Notes under the pieces: model-generated
Database searches by the model: none
What the model saw: only the letters and a program-made list of their open reading frames with translations
What the model was told of the DNA's origin: nothing
Part shown: positions 48,019-56,843 of the stretch, in pieces
Layout: each line of letters starts with the position of its first letter
How positions within the stretch are numbered: position 1 is the first letter of the stretch
From: an uncultured virus (IMG/VR IMGVR_UViG_3300046689_000650)
Lineage: Duplodnaviria > Heunggongvirae > Uroviricota > Caudoviricetes
DNA length: 64,000 bases
IMG/VR virus record: IMGVR_UViG_3300046689_000650
Strand: one strand, 5' to 3'
Program-made: the position numbers and the translations under genes

Positions 48019-48204
48019 TCAGCGGCGCCACCAAGACGCCTTGGCTGCGGCCTCGTTCGCGGCGGTGTTCAGTCGCTGGTACTCGGGCGTCTCGTCGCGG
48101 ATACCGGCGGCGATCTCTCGCCGCTGGTTGGCGTGGAGCGCGGCATCCGCCTTCTTGCTGGCCTCGTTGGCGGCCTTGCGGGCGTCGCGGGATTCCTTCG
48201 ACAT
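48019..48204 (-). CDS. 61-aa helical protein ending WWRR
   Basis: GAAGGA RBS; its stop is the first triplet of the repeat. Confidence 0.65.
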   Translation of the reverse strand: MSKESRDARKAANEASKKADAALHANQRREIAAGIRDETPEYQRLNTAANEAAAKASWWRR

Positions 48205-48305
48205 GGGGGTCCTTCCGGGTCGGGGGTGGAAGCGCTGGTGCGGTTCCCCTCGACCGGGTCCGTGCGAGACGGGCCCGGCGGGCAGCCGGTCAGCTGGCGG
48301 TGCGG

Positions 48306-48590
48306 TCAGGCGGCCTCGGTCCAGGCGGTGAGCGCACGGAGCTGGTCGACGATCCGGGGCCCGAACGGCTGGGCGGCGTCGATCTCCTCGGCCCGGTCGA
48401 AGATCGCCACCAGCGCCCGGGTGTCGTCGGCCTTGTCGGCGGCGAGTGCACGGAGCAGCAGCTCCGCACCCTCGTCACCACGCACCGACTCCCACGAGTC
48501 ATCGATCTGGGCGGCGCGGATACCGGCGGAGATCTCCCGGACAGTGGCGGAGACGGTACGAAGGTCGGCATCGAAAACAAACGGAGACAT
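48306..48590 (-). CDS. Hypothetical protein
   Basis: GAAAGG RBS. Confidence 0.6.
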   Translation of the reverse strand: MSPFVFDADLRTVSATVREISAGIRAAQIDDSWESVRGDEGAELLLRALAADKADDTRALVAIFDRAEEIDAAQPFGPRIVDQLRALTAWTEAA

Positions 48591-48637
48591 GGGGGTGCCT
48601 TTCACGTGGATCAACGGAATGGATGGGTGGTGCGGGG

Positions 48638-49222
48638 TCAGGCGGACGGCGTCCCGTTGGGGATGCCGGTAAGGAGTGCGACTTCAGCGGCGTCGAGTTC
48701 TCGCGGTTGCCGGGCAAGGAGTGCCTCGGCCGTGCCGGAGATCTGAGGCCAGAGTTCGTCGACGAGCCGATCGGCGACGGCCGTGACCTTTGACCAGGTC
48801 GTCCCGGTCTTCGGGTCGTCCGGCGCCGCCCCGACCAACGCGAGGGTGTATCCGGACCGGCCGAGGACGTCGACGGCCATGTCCCGATCGTGCGGCGAGT
48901 CAGCGAGTTGGCCAGCAACAGTGGCGGGGGTGCCTCCGCCGATCAGATGTCGCCGGACGGCCGCCTCCCCCGCCGCCGCCTCGACAGCGAGATCAAAGGA
49001 AGGGATCGTGCAGACGTTCCAGGTGGTCGTCCCGGTCCAGTAAGTGCCGCCGTCGATGTCGACGGTGCGCACGCACAGCCGGGCCAGGGTCATCCCGTAG
49101 TACATGCCGACGACGGCGTGACCGGCCTCGTGGTGGGCGATGTCGGCGACGATCTGCTCGACGGGCCGGGCGTCCAGCCGAGGTGCCCGGGTGTCGGGCA
49201 GGTCGTTGAAATCGACATGCAT
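48638..49222 (-). CDS. Stand-alone zinc metallopeptidase (M41/FtsH-like HEAGH)
   Basis: AHHEAGHAVVG, AAGEAA, DRD, AEALL. Confidence 0.7.
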   Translation of the reverse strand: MHVDFNDLPDTRAPRLDARPVEQIVADIAHHEAGHAVVGMYYGMTLARLCVRTVDIDGGTYWTGTTTWNVCTIPSFDLAVEAAAGEAAVRRHLIGGGTPATVAGQLADSPHDRDMAVDVLGRSGYTLALVGAAPDDPKTGTTWSKVTAVADRLVDELWPQISGTAEALLARQPRELDAAEVALLTGIPNGTPSA

Positions 49223-49321
49223 GGGATGCCCTCCTGGGCGCGGAACGGGTGAGGTGCGGGGTGGGAGGCCGCGGGTGCGGGACGGGGGGATTGTCGGACC
49301 GCACCCGCGGCGATCAGGGGG

Positions 49322-49736
49322 TTAGCGCGGCCTGGTCTCGCTGCGCTTGTTGACCTCGGCGAGCTTCCGGAGCATCGCCTCACGCTCGGCGGCGGTCACG
49401 ACGTCTCACCCGTCTTCACGACGAGAAAGCGGTCGCTGGCCGGGTCCATGACCACGGTCACCGGGATGCCCTGGTCACGGAACGTCTGCGCCTGCTCCTC
49501 CGCCGGCCAACTACCGCGGGGGTGCCCAGCCTGCGTGGAGGCGAGGACCTCGGCCATCAGACGCCCGCCTCGTCGAAGACACCGAGCAGCTGCTCCAGGG
49601 CGACCTGAACGCGGCCGGCCATGCGGTCCTTCGCCGGGCCGTCCGCCTTGCCCAACTGCTGCGCCTCGGCCAGCACCCGGCGGGCCTGCCCGATGCGGTC
49701 CCGGTCGTGGCCCGTCAGGTTCTCGATGCGGGCCAT
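49322..49736 (-). CDS. Three coupled small ORFs (49557-49736, 49396-49557, 49322-49399)
   Basis: TGATG and GTGA overlaps; host-like codon usage. Confidence 0.5.
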
Positions 49737-50077
49737 CAGACGGCCGCCGTCACACGCTGCGGGTGCGGGCCGCGCGGTCGTCGCGGAAGCTCGTCCTTCG
49801 TCTTCTCATGCTCGCCCTCGACCAGGTGGAGCATCCCGGCGGCGGCGAGGGTGACGAGGGAGCCGGCCATCAGCTCTTCGGCGAACTCCCACGAGCGGAC
49901 GTCGAGGGCGGGCAGGTCGCCGCCCATCATGGCCTTCGCTGCCAGCTCGGCGGCGTGGACGGCGGCCGTCTCGTACACGGTCACGGCACGCACCACGGCG
50001 GCCGACGGAAGCGGAGCGGTCGGGCGGCTCCGGTGATCGGCACCTACAGGGGTGCCGCTAAGCTGCTGCATAGCCAT
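49736..50077 (-). CDS. Hypothetical protein, first gene of the transfer-region operon
   Basis: TGATG coupling; divergent from the HTH gene. Confidence 0.5.
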   Translation of the reverse strand: MAMQQLSGTPVGADHRSRPTAPLPSAAVVRAVTVYETAAVHAAELAAKAMMGGDLPALDVRSWEFAEELMAGSLVTLAAAGMLHLVEGEHEKTKDELPRRPRGPHPQRVTAAV

Positions 50078-50205
50078 GAGGGGACCCTTCAGAGATTCCT
50101 CGTGGTGAGGGCCGGCCTGCGATGTAGGAGTCGCGGTGTCCGGCCCGTCTTCATTTGTGCATCGTCCGCGGACTGGGTCCGGTAGGAGTGGACGACGATG
50201 ACGAT

Positions 50206-50276
50206 TCCAAGCGGCGCTTGGATTCGCTGAGTTCGACAGTAGGGCGCGCCGGGATCGACGTCAAGCGCACGCTTGA
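50206..50276. promoter_or_regulatory. Two palindromic operators in a divergent promoter
   Basis: TCCAAGCG-G-CGCTTGGA (50206-50222) and TCAAGCG-CA-CGCTTGA (50261-50276); the second overlaps the TTGAAG -35 of TTGAAG-17-TACTCT. Confidence 0.7.
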
Positions 50277-50307
50277 AGCGAGTCGAAATCGGCCCTACTC
50301 TCACTTC

Positions 50308-50547
50308 ATGACCGACCCCCTGGAAGCCGCACGCGTCTCGCTGGTCGACGCACTCAAAGAGATCAGCGACGACGTCGAGCGCTACCAGGCCGTGAAGGTT
50401 CTCGAAGCCTGGCTTGACGGGGCACTGCGGGAAGTGAAGGCCACGGCTGCGACCAACCTGTACGCCGGGCGCACGTGGGGGCAGGTCGGAGAACTCTTGG
50501 GGGTAACCGGGTCCCGGGCGGAGCAGATCTCGCGAGGGGCCAGATAG
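50308..50547 (+). CDS. Small HTH repressor, leaderless (Kor-like position)
   Basis: RTWGQVGELLGVTGSRAEQI HTH. Confidence 0.75.
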   Translation: MTDPLEAARVSLVDALKEISDDVERYQAVKVLEAWLDGALREVKATAATNLYAGRTWGQVGELLGVTGSRAEQISRGAR

Positions 50548-50706
50548 GCAGGCATCCATGACGCCGAGTCAACGCCTCGCGCGGGCGCGGCAGAAGGACA
50601 CTCCCCCGACACCAGCACGCCAGAACCGCAGTAGGTAGACACGGCGGCGACACGACCCCGTCACCGCCCCGCCAGACCCGAGCGCAGCGAGCACGGGAGC
50701 AGCATT

Positions 50707-51345
50707 GTGGACGTCGTAGGGACCTGGACCGGCCGCACCGCCTGCCTACTCCAAGAGGCGATGCGGATGACGAACGAGGAGTTCGCCGAACGCCTCGGCC
50801 TGTCCGACCGGACGATCAGCCGATGGCACTCATCCCCCGAGAAGCCCCACCGGCCCGAAGTCCAGCAGATCTTGGACCTGGCATACGAGAAGGCGGGTGA
50901 GGCGGTGCACCGACGGTTCGCGCTCCTGCTGCGCCCCGCCGCACCGCGCATGGAAGCGCAGGCGCTGCGGGTAGCGATAGCCGTCGTGCTGCGAGGTGAT
51001 GACGTGCTGCTCGTGTGCCGGCGCGGGGACGGGTCCATCCGCTGGCAGTTCCCGGCCGGCATGGTGAAGCCGGGCGCAGCACCGGAGTCAGTGGCGGTAC
51101 AGGAGACGCACGGCGAGACGGGCGTGCACTGCACTGTCCGCGCCCATCTCGGCGAGCGCGTCCACCCAGTGACGGGCGTGGTGGCCTCGTACTACCTGGC
51201 CGATCACCTCGCCGGTGAGGCGTCGAACCTGGACACGCTGGAGAACGTCGACGTCACCTGGGTGCCGCGCACCGCCTTGACCCGCTTCATTCCGCAGGAC
51301 CAGATCTTCCCGCCCATCCTGAACGCCCTGGAGGCAGCAGCGTGA
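50707..51345 (+). CDS. XRE-HTH fused to a degenerate NUDIX domain
   Basis: MTNEEFAERLGLSDRTISRW; WQFPAG..QETHGETG. Confidence 0.85.
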   Translation: MDVVGTWTGRTACLLQEAMRMTNEEFAERLGLSDRTISRWHSSPEKPHRPEVQQILDLAYEKAGEAVHRRFALLLRPAAPRMEAQALRVAIAVVLRGDDVLLVCRRGDGSIRWQFPAGMVKPGAAPESVAVQETHGETGVHCTVRAHLGERVHPVTGVVASYYLADHLAGEASNLDTLENVDVTWVPRTALTRFIPQDQIFPPILNALEAAA

Positions 51346-51755
51346 CGACCGAGACGAAGACCGAGAAGCCCGGCATCTCCGCCGCGATCATCGTCGCCGA
51401 CGGCAAGGTGCTCATGGTGCGGCGCCGGATCTCCGAGGGCGAGTTGATGTGGCAGTTCCCCGCAGGCGCGATCGAGGCCGGGGAGGTCGCCGAGGATGCG
51501 GCGGTGCGGGAGACGGTCGAGGAGACCGGCCTGACGGTGAAGGCGCTCCGCCTGCTCGGCGAGCGCGTCCATCCGAAGACGGGCCGACTGATGTCGTACA
51601 CGGCATGCGAGGCCGTCGAGGGTGAAGCCCGGGTGGCGGATGACGAGGAGCTCGACGCGGTCACGTGGGCGTCCCACTCGGAGCTTCCCGGCCTGGTGCC
51701 CTACGGACTGTTCGGTCCGGTGCAGGAGTACCTGGACGAAGTCTTGCCGCGCTGA
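51342..51755 (+). CDS. NUDIX hydrolase
   Basis: Canonical GAIEAGEVAEDAAVRETVEETGL box. Confidence 0.92.
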   Translation: MTTETKTEKPGISAAIIVADGKVLMVRRRISEGELMWQFPAGAIEAGEVAEDAAVRETVEETGLTVKALRLLGERVHPKTGRLMSYTACEAVEGEARVADDEELDAVTWASHSELPGLVPYGLFGPVQEYLDEVLPR

Positions 51756-52036
51756 CGATTTCCAGCCGTCTACGCAATCGGCACACCATAGGGTGATCCG
51801 AACCATTCGACCACGCCACCCGACACTCGGTCGGCGGCTGACCGTAGCGTTTCTGCTGGTCAATGCCAACCTAGCGCACTGACCAGTGCGTTGCCCGAAC
51901 CAGACAGCGCAGGAAAAACGTGCGGCAGTCTGTGACCAGAAACAGCGAACGGCCCGGTGCGCTAACACCGGGCCGGATCGAACCGGCGAGCGCTAACTCG
52001 CCGATCATCAGTCCGTCTCGTCAAAGGGGACCTGCC

Positions 52037-52333
52037 ATGCAGAGTACCGCTCCATGCCTTCCCGCACGATGCGCTATCACCCCGGCCCGCCTGTTGGATG
52101 CGCCACTCGATGACCTGCTGCTGGAGCTGCACGTCGAGCTGCACCTGTCCTCGATCACCGACCCGACATTCATCGGCGCGCTGCTCGAACTGCCGGACGG
52201 CAGCCTGGCCCTGTCGATGCCGCCCGGCCGGCCGCGGCTGGAGCGGGACTTGGTGGCGCGGGCAATGCTCGGGCAGGTGATCGGCGTGCCGTTGGGGCGG
52301 CTGCCGTCGCCGTATGAGTTGACCGAGCTCTGA
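52037..52333 (+). CDS. Hypothetical protein
   Basis: AGGGGA RBS; strong terminator after the stop. Confidence 0.55.
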   Translation: MQSTAPCLPARCAITPARLLDAPLDDLLLELHVELHLSSITDPTFIGALLELPDGSLALSMPPGRPRLERDLVARAMLGQVIGVPLGRLPSPYELTEL

Positions 52334-52456
52334 CGCCTCCACAGCCCCGCCCGTTTCGCACGGGCGGGGCTGTGGCGTTTGCGCCCTTGCGGCCAGCGCA
52401 CACCCGCCTGACGGTGGACGGTCAGCGGGGTGTCGTACCGACGACAGGGGGGTTTC

Positions 52457-52699
52457 GTGTCGCGCAGGTTGAATGACGTGGCTGGCCGACTGCTGCTGCG
52501 GCTGGCCGTGGTGCTGCATCGGACGGTGGCGGGTAGGGCGGCGCGGGAGCGGTTGCAGGCCCGCCGGAATCGGGCGTTGCGGGCGGCGTATCAGCGGGGC
52601 GTGCCGGTGGAGGAGTTGGCGGCTCAGATGCGGCTGACGCCGAGTTGGATCCGGCAGGTGCTCAACGGGAAGAAGCCGGCGGTGGAGGAGGCCGCGTAG
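52457..52699 (+). CDS. Small HTH protein
   Basis: GVPVEELAAQMRLTPSWIRQVL. Confidence 0.65.
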   Translation: MSRRLNDVAGRLLLRLAVVLHRTVAGRAARERLQARRNRALRAAYQRGVPVEELAAQMRLTPSWIRQVLNGKKPAVEEAA

Positions 52700-52746
52700 G
52701 CGGACATGCGCGAAGGCCCCGGCCGTGGGATCGGCCGGGGCCTTCG

Positions 52747-53133
52747 TCATGTGGTGCAGGGCACGGGTGCGGTGAGCGCCTGCATCTGTACCTGAGTGAT
52801 CGCTTTGCTGACTTTGTCGGAGAATCGCAACGCCTCCAAGGGCGCCCACGTCACGATTGAGCTCGGAGCGGTACCGCGGATCTCTCCACCACCGACTTTC
52901 TGCGACCATCCGCTCCACATTGGCAGCTCAACAGCGCAAGCTTCCAACAGATGATCTGAAAGCCAGACTTGGGTGATTTTGACCGTGACCCGACCTGCGT
53001 CATCGGGCAGCAGGAGTGTGGCAACCGGGTGGGGGGTGGAACGGCGTGCAGGCACATGCCGGTTGCTTACAGCAGCAATGCCGGGACCACCGAGACAACG
53101 CACCGGACGTTCACGCGAACAGAGGATGCTCAC
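52747..53133 (-). CDS. Lower-GC hypothetical protein
   Basis: GTGA coupling; atypical codons. Confidence 0.35.
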   Translation of the reverse strand: MSILCSRERPVRCLGGPGIAAVSNRHVPARRSTPHPVATLLLPDDAGRVTVKITQVWLSDHLLEACAVELPMWSGWSQKVGGGEIRGTAPSSIVTWAPLEALRFSDKVSKAITQVQMQALTAPVPCTT

Positions 53134-53564
53134 GCCGCTGCCCGCCTCGCCGCCACGCGCCCGTCTGACGCCCTCGCAGCCTCCCGGTCGTCCCGAGCGC
53201 CGTCCGCGGTCTCCCGGGCGCTCTCGCGGCCTCCTGGCCCCACTGGCGGCCCATCGACGACCTCAACGGTCGGACAGGGGTACGGCGTGACGAGTCCTCG
53301 GCAACGCTGCCCGTCCCAGCCCGAGCACTCCCGGCACACCTCCACGCCGCCACGCAGCACCGGCGTGTGCAGGATGCGCAGCCGCTGCTTCAACCGCTGC
53401 AGTCGACGGGCCGCCGCCAGAGGCGGACCCAGCCGGCGCCGGAGCGGCTTGGCGGCCAGATGCTCGATGCCCTCCCGCAGGCGGGCCACCTCGGCCGGCT
53501 GCAGGCGTCCGTAGTCGGCTCGGTCGGCGATGTTCAGCAACTGCTCAACGGTCGGCCCGCTCAC
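53130..53564 (-). CDS. Hypothetical protein
   Basis: LH.P...CRECSG...YPCPT motif. Confidence 0.6.
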   Translation of the reverse strand: MSGPTVEQLLNIADRADYGRLQPAEVARLREGIEHLAAKPLRRRLGPPLAAARRLQRLKQRLRILHTPVLRGGVEVCRECSGWDGQRCRGLVTPYPCPTVEVVDGPPVGPGGRESARETADGARDDREAARASDGRVAARRAAA

Positions 53565-53743
53565 GCCTGCCTCCCGTCGGCTCGCAGCGTCCTGCGTGCG
53601 GCCCGCTCGTCCGCGGCGGCCATCCGGCGCAGGGCCCGCTCGATGACTGCGGCCCGGACCTGTCCGGCGTAGCGGGTGCCGAGGATGCGTTCCGAGGTGC
53701 GGGTGAGGAGCTGGCGCGCCGTCGGACGACGCTGCGGGGTCAC
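53561..53743 (-). CDS. Small basic protein
   Basis: GTGA overlaps on both sides. Confidence 0.5.
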   Translation of the reverse strand: MTPQRRPTARQLLTRTSERILGTRYAGQVRAAVIERALRRMAAADERAARRTLRADGRQA

Positions 53744-54687
53744 CGCTGGCCCTTCGATCGCCCGCTGTACCAGGGCAGCGCCAGACCGTCGTTCTCCGCC
53801 CGGGGAACCAGATGCAGGACACCGGCCGCGGCCTCGTCGTACTGCTTCAACGCTGCGCAAGCCGTGCACTCGCCAGCGCACTCATCGCTATGAAGACTGC
53901 GCATCTGCTCTATCGCGAACGAAGTTGCCAGGTACGAGTACCGGGACAGTGCCGCCATGAGGCCGCCTTCACGCGCGTGGTGGGACCGGCAGAGCACGCG
54001 ATATCCGATGGACGAGTCGAGGCCAGAGAAATACTTGGCTCCTGTGTCTGGGGCGACGCGAAGGCTTTCCTCCGGAAGGCCGGGGCGGAGCGCAACCTCC
54101 GGCCGACCGGAGCATGTTGCATCGGCTTCGGCGCAGGGCTGGCCTCGGAGCTGCTTCCTCGCCCTGGCGTGCGCAGCGTTGTATCCGATTTCCTCGCTGG
54201 CAGGCGGCCTACCGCCCATGTACGGCCTGCCCTGGTTTCCGCGGCCGCGAAGCGTGTAACCGCACTGCGGATCCCCACACGTCCGAAGGTCCCTTGCGTT
54301 CCGGTGGACCCGCGGCGCGAAGCACACGGGGCAGTCTCCAATCTCTGGAGTCCATGGAATCGGCACACCATCGAGTTCCTCGCGCGGGATCAGTTCGATG
54401 CTCAGATGCTCGGTTCCCTGGCCGGCTTCCCGGCCGCGCGAGGTGATCAGGTTCATGGGTCGGTCGGTCCACCGCATCAGCTGGGCAGCGTGCAGCATCG
54501 CGTCGGCGGAGACGGCCGGGTCGCTGGCGAAGTCGGGTACGTGCCGTTTCGGGATGACGAGGGTGTGGCCGTCGACGACGGGGTTGAGCGGGACGATCGC
54601 GATCACGTCCGACCACTCGTGGACGAAGGTTGCGGGTGCTCGTCCGGCGACGATCTCGCAGAACGGGCAGGGCTGTTCGGTAGTCAC
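53740..54687 (-). CDS. HIT-family protein interrupted in frame by an HNH-like insertion
   Basis: CPFCEI, GHTLVIPKRH N-terminus; triad reads HLSIE; insert carries YNAAH..LCRSHH; native LHLVPR..LPW tail retained. Confidence 0.75.
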   Translation of the reverse strand: MTTEQPCPFCEIVAGRAPATFVHEWSDVIAIVPLNPVVDGHTLVIPKRHVPDFASDPAVSADAMLHAAQLMRWTDRPMNLITSRGREAGQGTEHLSIELIPREELDGVPIPWTPEIGDCPVCFAPRVHRNARDLRTCGDPQCGYTLRGRGNQGRPYMGGRPPASEEIGYNAAHARARKQLRGQPCAEADATCSGRPEVALRPGLPEESLRVAPDTGAKYFSGLDSSIGYRVLCRSHHAREGGLMAALSRYSYLATSFAIEQMRSLHSDECAGECTACAALKQYDEAAAGVLHLVPRAENDGLALPWYSGRSKGQR

Positions 54688-54953
54688 GCTGCCTCCTCGT
54701 GCTCGGCGTGCGCCCACGCGGGCGCTGTGTGCCTCTGTGGGGTCGGAGTGGACTCGGGGGTCAACTCGGGCTGTTCGTCCGGGAGAGACCCCGTCACGCC
54801 CCGTCTGACGGCAAGCCACGCCCACGCCCCGGTGAGCACCAGCGTGTAGACGACGACCGTGGCGACGAACGCGGCGGCCACAATCCAGGCGAGGATCGCG
54901 TCGGCCATGACCGACGCGGTGTCGATGACCTCGACGATCAACAGCGCCGTCAC
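54684..54953 (-). CDS. Small TM protein
   Basis: Hydrophobic segment; coupled. Confidence 0.55.
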   Translation of the reverse strand: MTALLIVEVIDTASVMADAILAWIVAAAFVATVVVYTLVLTGAWAWLAVRRGVTGSLPDEQPELTPESTPTPQRHTAPAWAHAEHEEAA

Positions 54954-55165
54954 GGGGTCGGCTCCTCGGCTACCGGGGTGATCGTGAGTCGCACCCAACC
55001 CAGCCGCTGCCGGTGCGACCGCTCCAGCAGCTCCCGCGCGAGGGATTCGGCGCGGTCCTTCGCGGGCGGCAGGTCGGGTTCATCTCGGATGATCTTGCTG
55101 TAGTCGCCGCGCTTGAGGTGGTAGTTGCGGTTGCTGCTGTAGGCGGTGACCTTGTAGTCGGCCAT
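54950..55165 (-). CDS. Hypothetical protein
   Basis: Coupled within the operon. Confidence 0.55.
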   Translation of the reverse strand: MADYKVTAYSSNRNYHLKRGDYSKIIRDEPDLPPAKDRAESLARELLERSHRQRLGWVRLTITPVAEEPTP

Positions 55166-55168
55166 GGG

Positions 55169-56006
55169 TCAGGCCTTCCCGTCGGGCTGGGACACGGCGG
55201 CGGGCTGCTCGGCGTCGACGGTGTAGGTCGTCGTCTCGCGGATGAGGCGCCACGCGTGCCGTCCGCCGTCACGCTCGACGGTCTCGGCGAAGTCGGAGCG
55301 CGCCTCGGCGAGTTCGTATTGCACGCCATGCCAGGTGATCCAGTGGTCGCCGCGCCTCTGGGTCTCGGCGCGCCACTCGACGGACGGCGGGTAGGGGGCG
55401 TCGTCCTGCTGTGTCTCGACGGCCACACCACCCGGACCGGACGCGGGCTGCTCGGCCCACTGGCCGTTGCGGTACGTGAGTCCGCAGCAGGGGCAGGGAT
55501 CGGTGACGTCGCAGCGGACGCACTCGGCGTGACCGGGGCAGCCAGGGTCGGACGCGGCGTCGGCCATGGCGCGCAGACCCACGGCGACGTCGTGTACGCC
55601 GCTCCAGTAACGGGGGTCGGCTTCCTTGCCTGTGGACTTGTCGATGATGGCGTCGTAGGCGTCGGCGGCTTCCCGCAGGATCGCGGCCCGGTCAGCGGTC
55701 TCGGGCAGCACAGCGGCGGCCAGCGCTTTCGCCCGGACGTCGAGCGCCTCAGCACGATCACGCATCTCCACCCAGTCCCATGCGGAGACGGTCCACGTCG
55801 CGGCACGACGACTCCAACTCGGTGATGCGGGTGCGCAACTCGGCTTGCTCGACGTCGGCGACAGCGATGGCCGCGTCGGCGCGCCTGAGGTAGTCGGGCT
55901 CGTCGTTCTCGTAGGCGGTCGGCCAGGTGTCGCCGTCACGGCGCGCCATCGCTGCGGCGTACCGAGTGCGGCGCTCGGCCTGGTCGGCGGGTGGGGTCTC
56001 GGTCAT
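55169..56006 (-). pseudogene. Hypothetical gene split by an apparent 1-nt frameshift near 55777-55779
   Basis: Removing one G from ATGGGAC joins DVDRLRM to DWVEMRDRAE. Confidence 0.5.
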
Positions 56007-56112
56007 GGGCTGCTGCTCCTCGGGCTGGTGCGTAGGGTTCGGGGTGCGGGCCACCCGCCTGTTACCGGCAGGCAGGTGGCCCGTGCCGCGGAAGGTCACG
56101 GGGTGGGGTGGA

Positions 56113-56436
56113 TCAGCCGGAGGTGGGAGCGCAGCCGTGCGCCATGAGCGCCAGGCCGAACCGCTCGACGTTCCCGCCGAACGAGATCTCGTTCGCGGTC
56201 GTCATCACGCTGCGAGTCCAGTCCGCCATCGACGCCACCGCCGACGCTGCGCCGCTCGCGTCGTCAATGGACGTGAACAGGCCGAGCGCGCGGCCCTCGT
56301 GGTGGGCGAGGACCCATCGGTGGTCCGGCAGCGAGGCGTGGTCGGCGGGGACCTCGTAGACGCGCAGCCCGGGCACGGGCTCGGTGGCTTCGATGGCAAG
56401 GGGGCCGGTCGGGGTGGGGAACTCAACGGTGGGCAT
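56113..56436 (-). CDS. Hypothetical protein
   Basis: AAGGAG RBS; EPVPGLRVY..W.L.H. Confidence 0.6.
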   Translation of the reverse strand: MPTVEFPTPTGPLAIEATEPVPGLRVYEVPADHASLPDHRWVLAHHEGRALGLFTSIDDASGAASAVASMADWTRSVMTTANEISFGGNVERFGLALMAHGCAPTSG

Positions 56437-56552
56437 GATGCTCCTTCGGGCTGTCGGTCGGTTGGTTTGTCCACGTTTCGCATCCCGCCCCGGTCGGGCA
56501 GGTGCACGCCGTTTCCCCGGTCCGGGGGTCGGGCGGAGAACAACGGGCGAAG

Positions 56553-56843
56553 TCACGCGGCCTGGCCGTGCTGGCGGCCGACTGTGGGCAGTGCCACGAC
56601 GGCGGCCTGCTCGCACTGCGGGCAGGTGCAGCGCCCGTGCGTCGGGGTGGGGCCGGTGGCGGTGGTGCCGATGGGCCAGCCGCCCCTGTGGGCGATCTCG
56701 TAGGCCGGCGGGGCGACCGCGGCCAGGGCCGGCTTCGGTGTGGGGGCGGGCTTGGCGGCCTGGCTGGTGAGGTACTGGAAGTACTCGCGGAGGCTGCCGT
56801 CGGTTCGCATTGCGGCGATGTCTTCGATCGTGGGTTCGTTCAT
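56553..56843 (-). CDS. Hypothetical protein
   Basis: Coupled to dnaB; CTCPQC. Confidence 0.55.
   Translation of the reverse strand: MNEPTIEDIAAMRTDGSLREYFQYLTSQAAKPAPTPKPALAAVAPPAYEIAHRGGWPIGTTATGPTPTHGRCTCPQCEQAAVVALPTVGRQHGQAA

Larger units (their letters stand above)
47745..48292 (-). repeat. Three copies of a structured intergenic element
   Basis: At 47745-47797, 47973-48021 and 48241-48292: TGA-CCGG-CTG-YCC-hairpin-GGR-GAA-CYG. Confidence 0.75.

Noticed and set aside
47745..48292. CRISPR array or hammerhead ribozymes
   Set aside because: Spacers are whole genes and there are no cas genes; the hammerhead core CUGANGA/GAAA is absent
52335..52380. Fourth copy of the structured repeat
   Set aside because: Shares only the CCCGTYTCGCACGGG hairpin and lacks the CUG/GAA loop; best read as a terminator
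53818..54423. Intein or self-splicing intron in the HIT gene
   Set aside because: No C/S...HN intein ends, no recognisable intron core, and simple excision would not restore HxHxH
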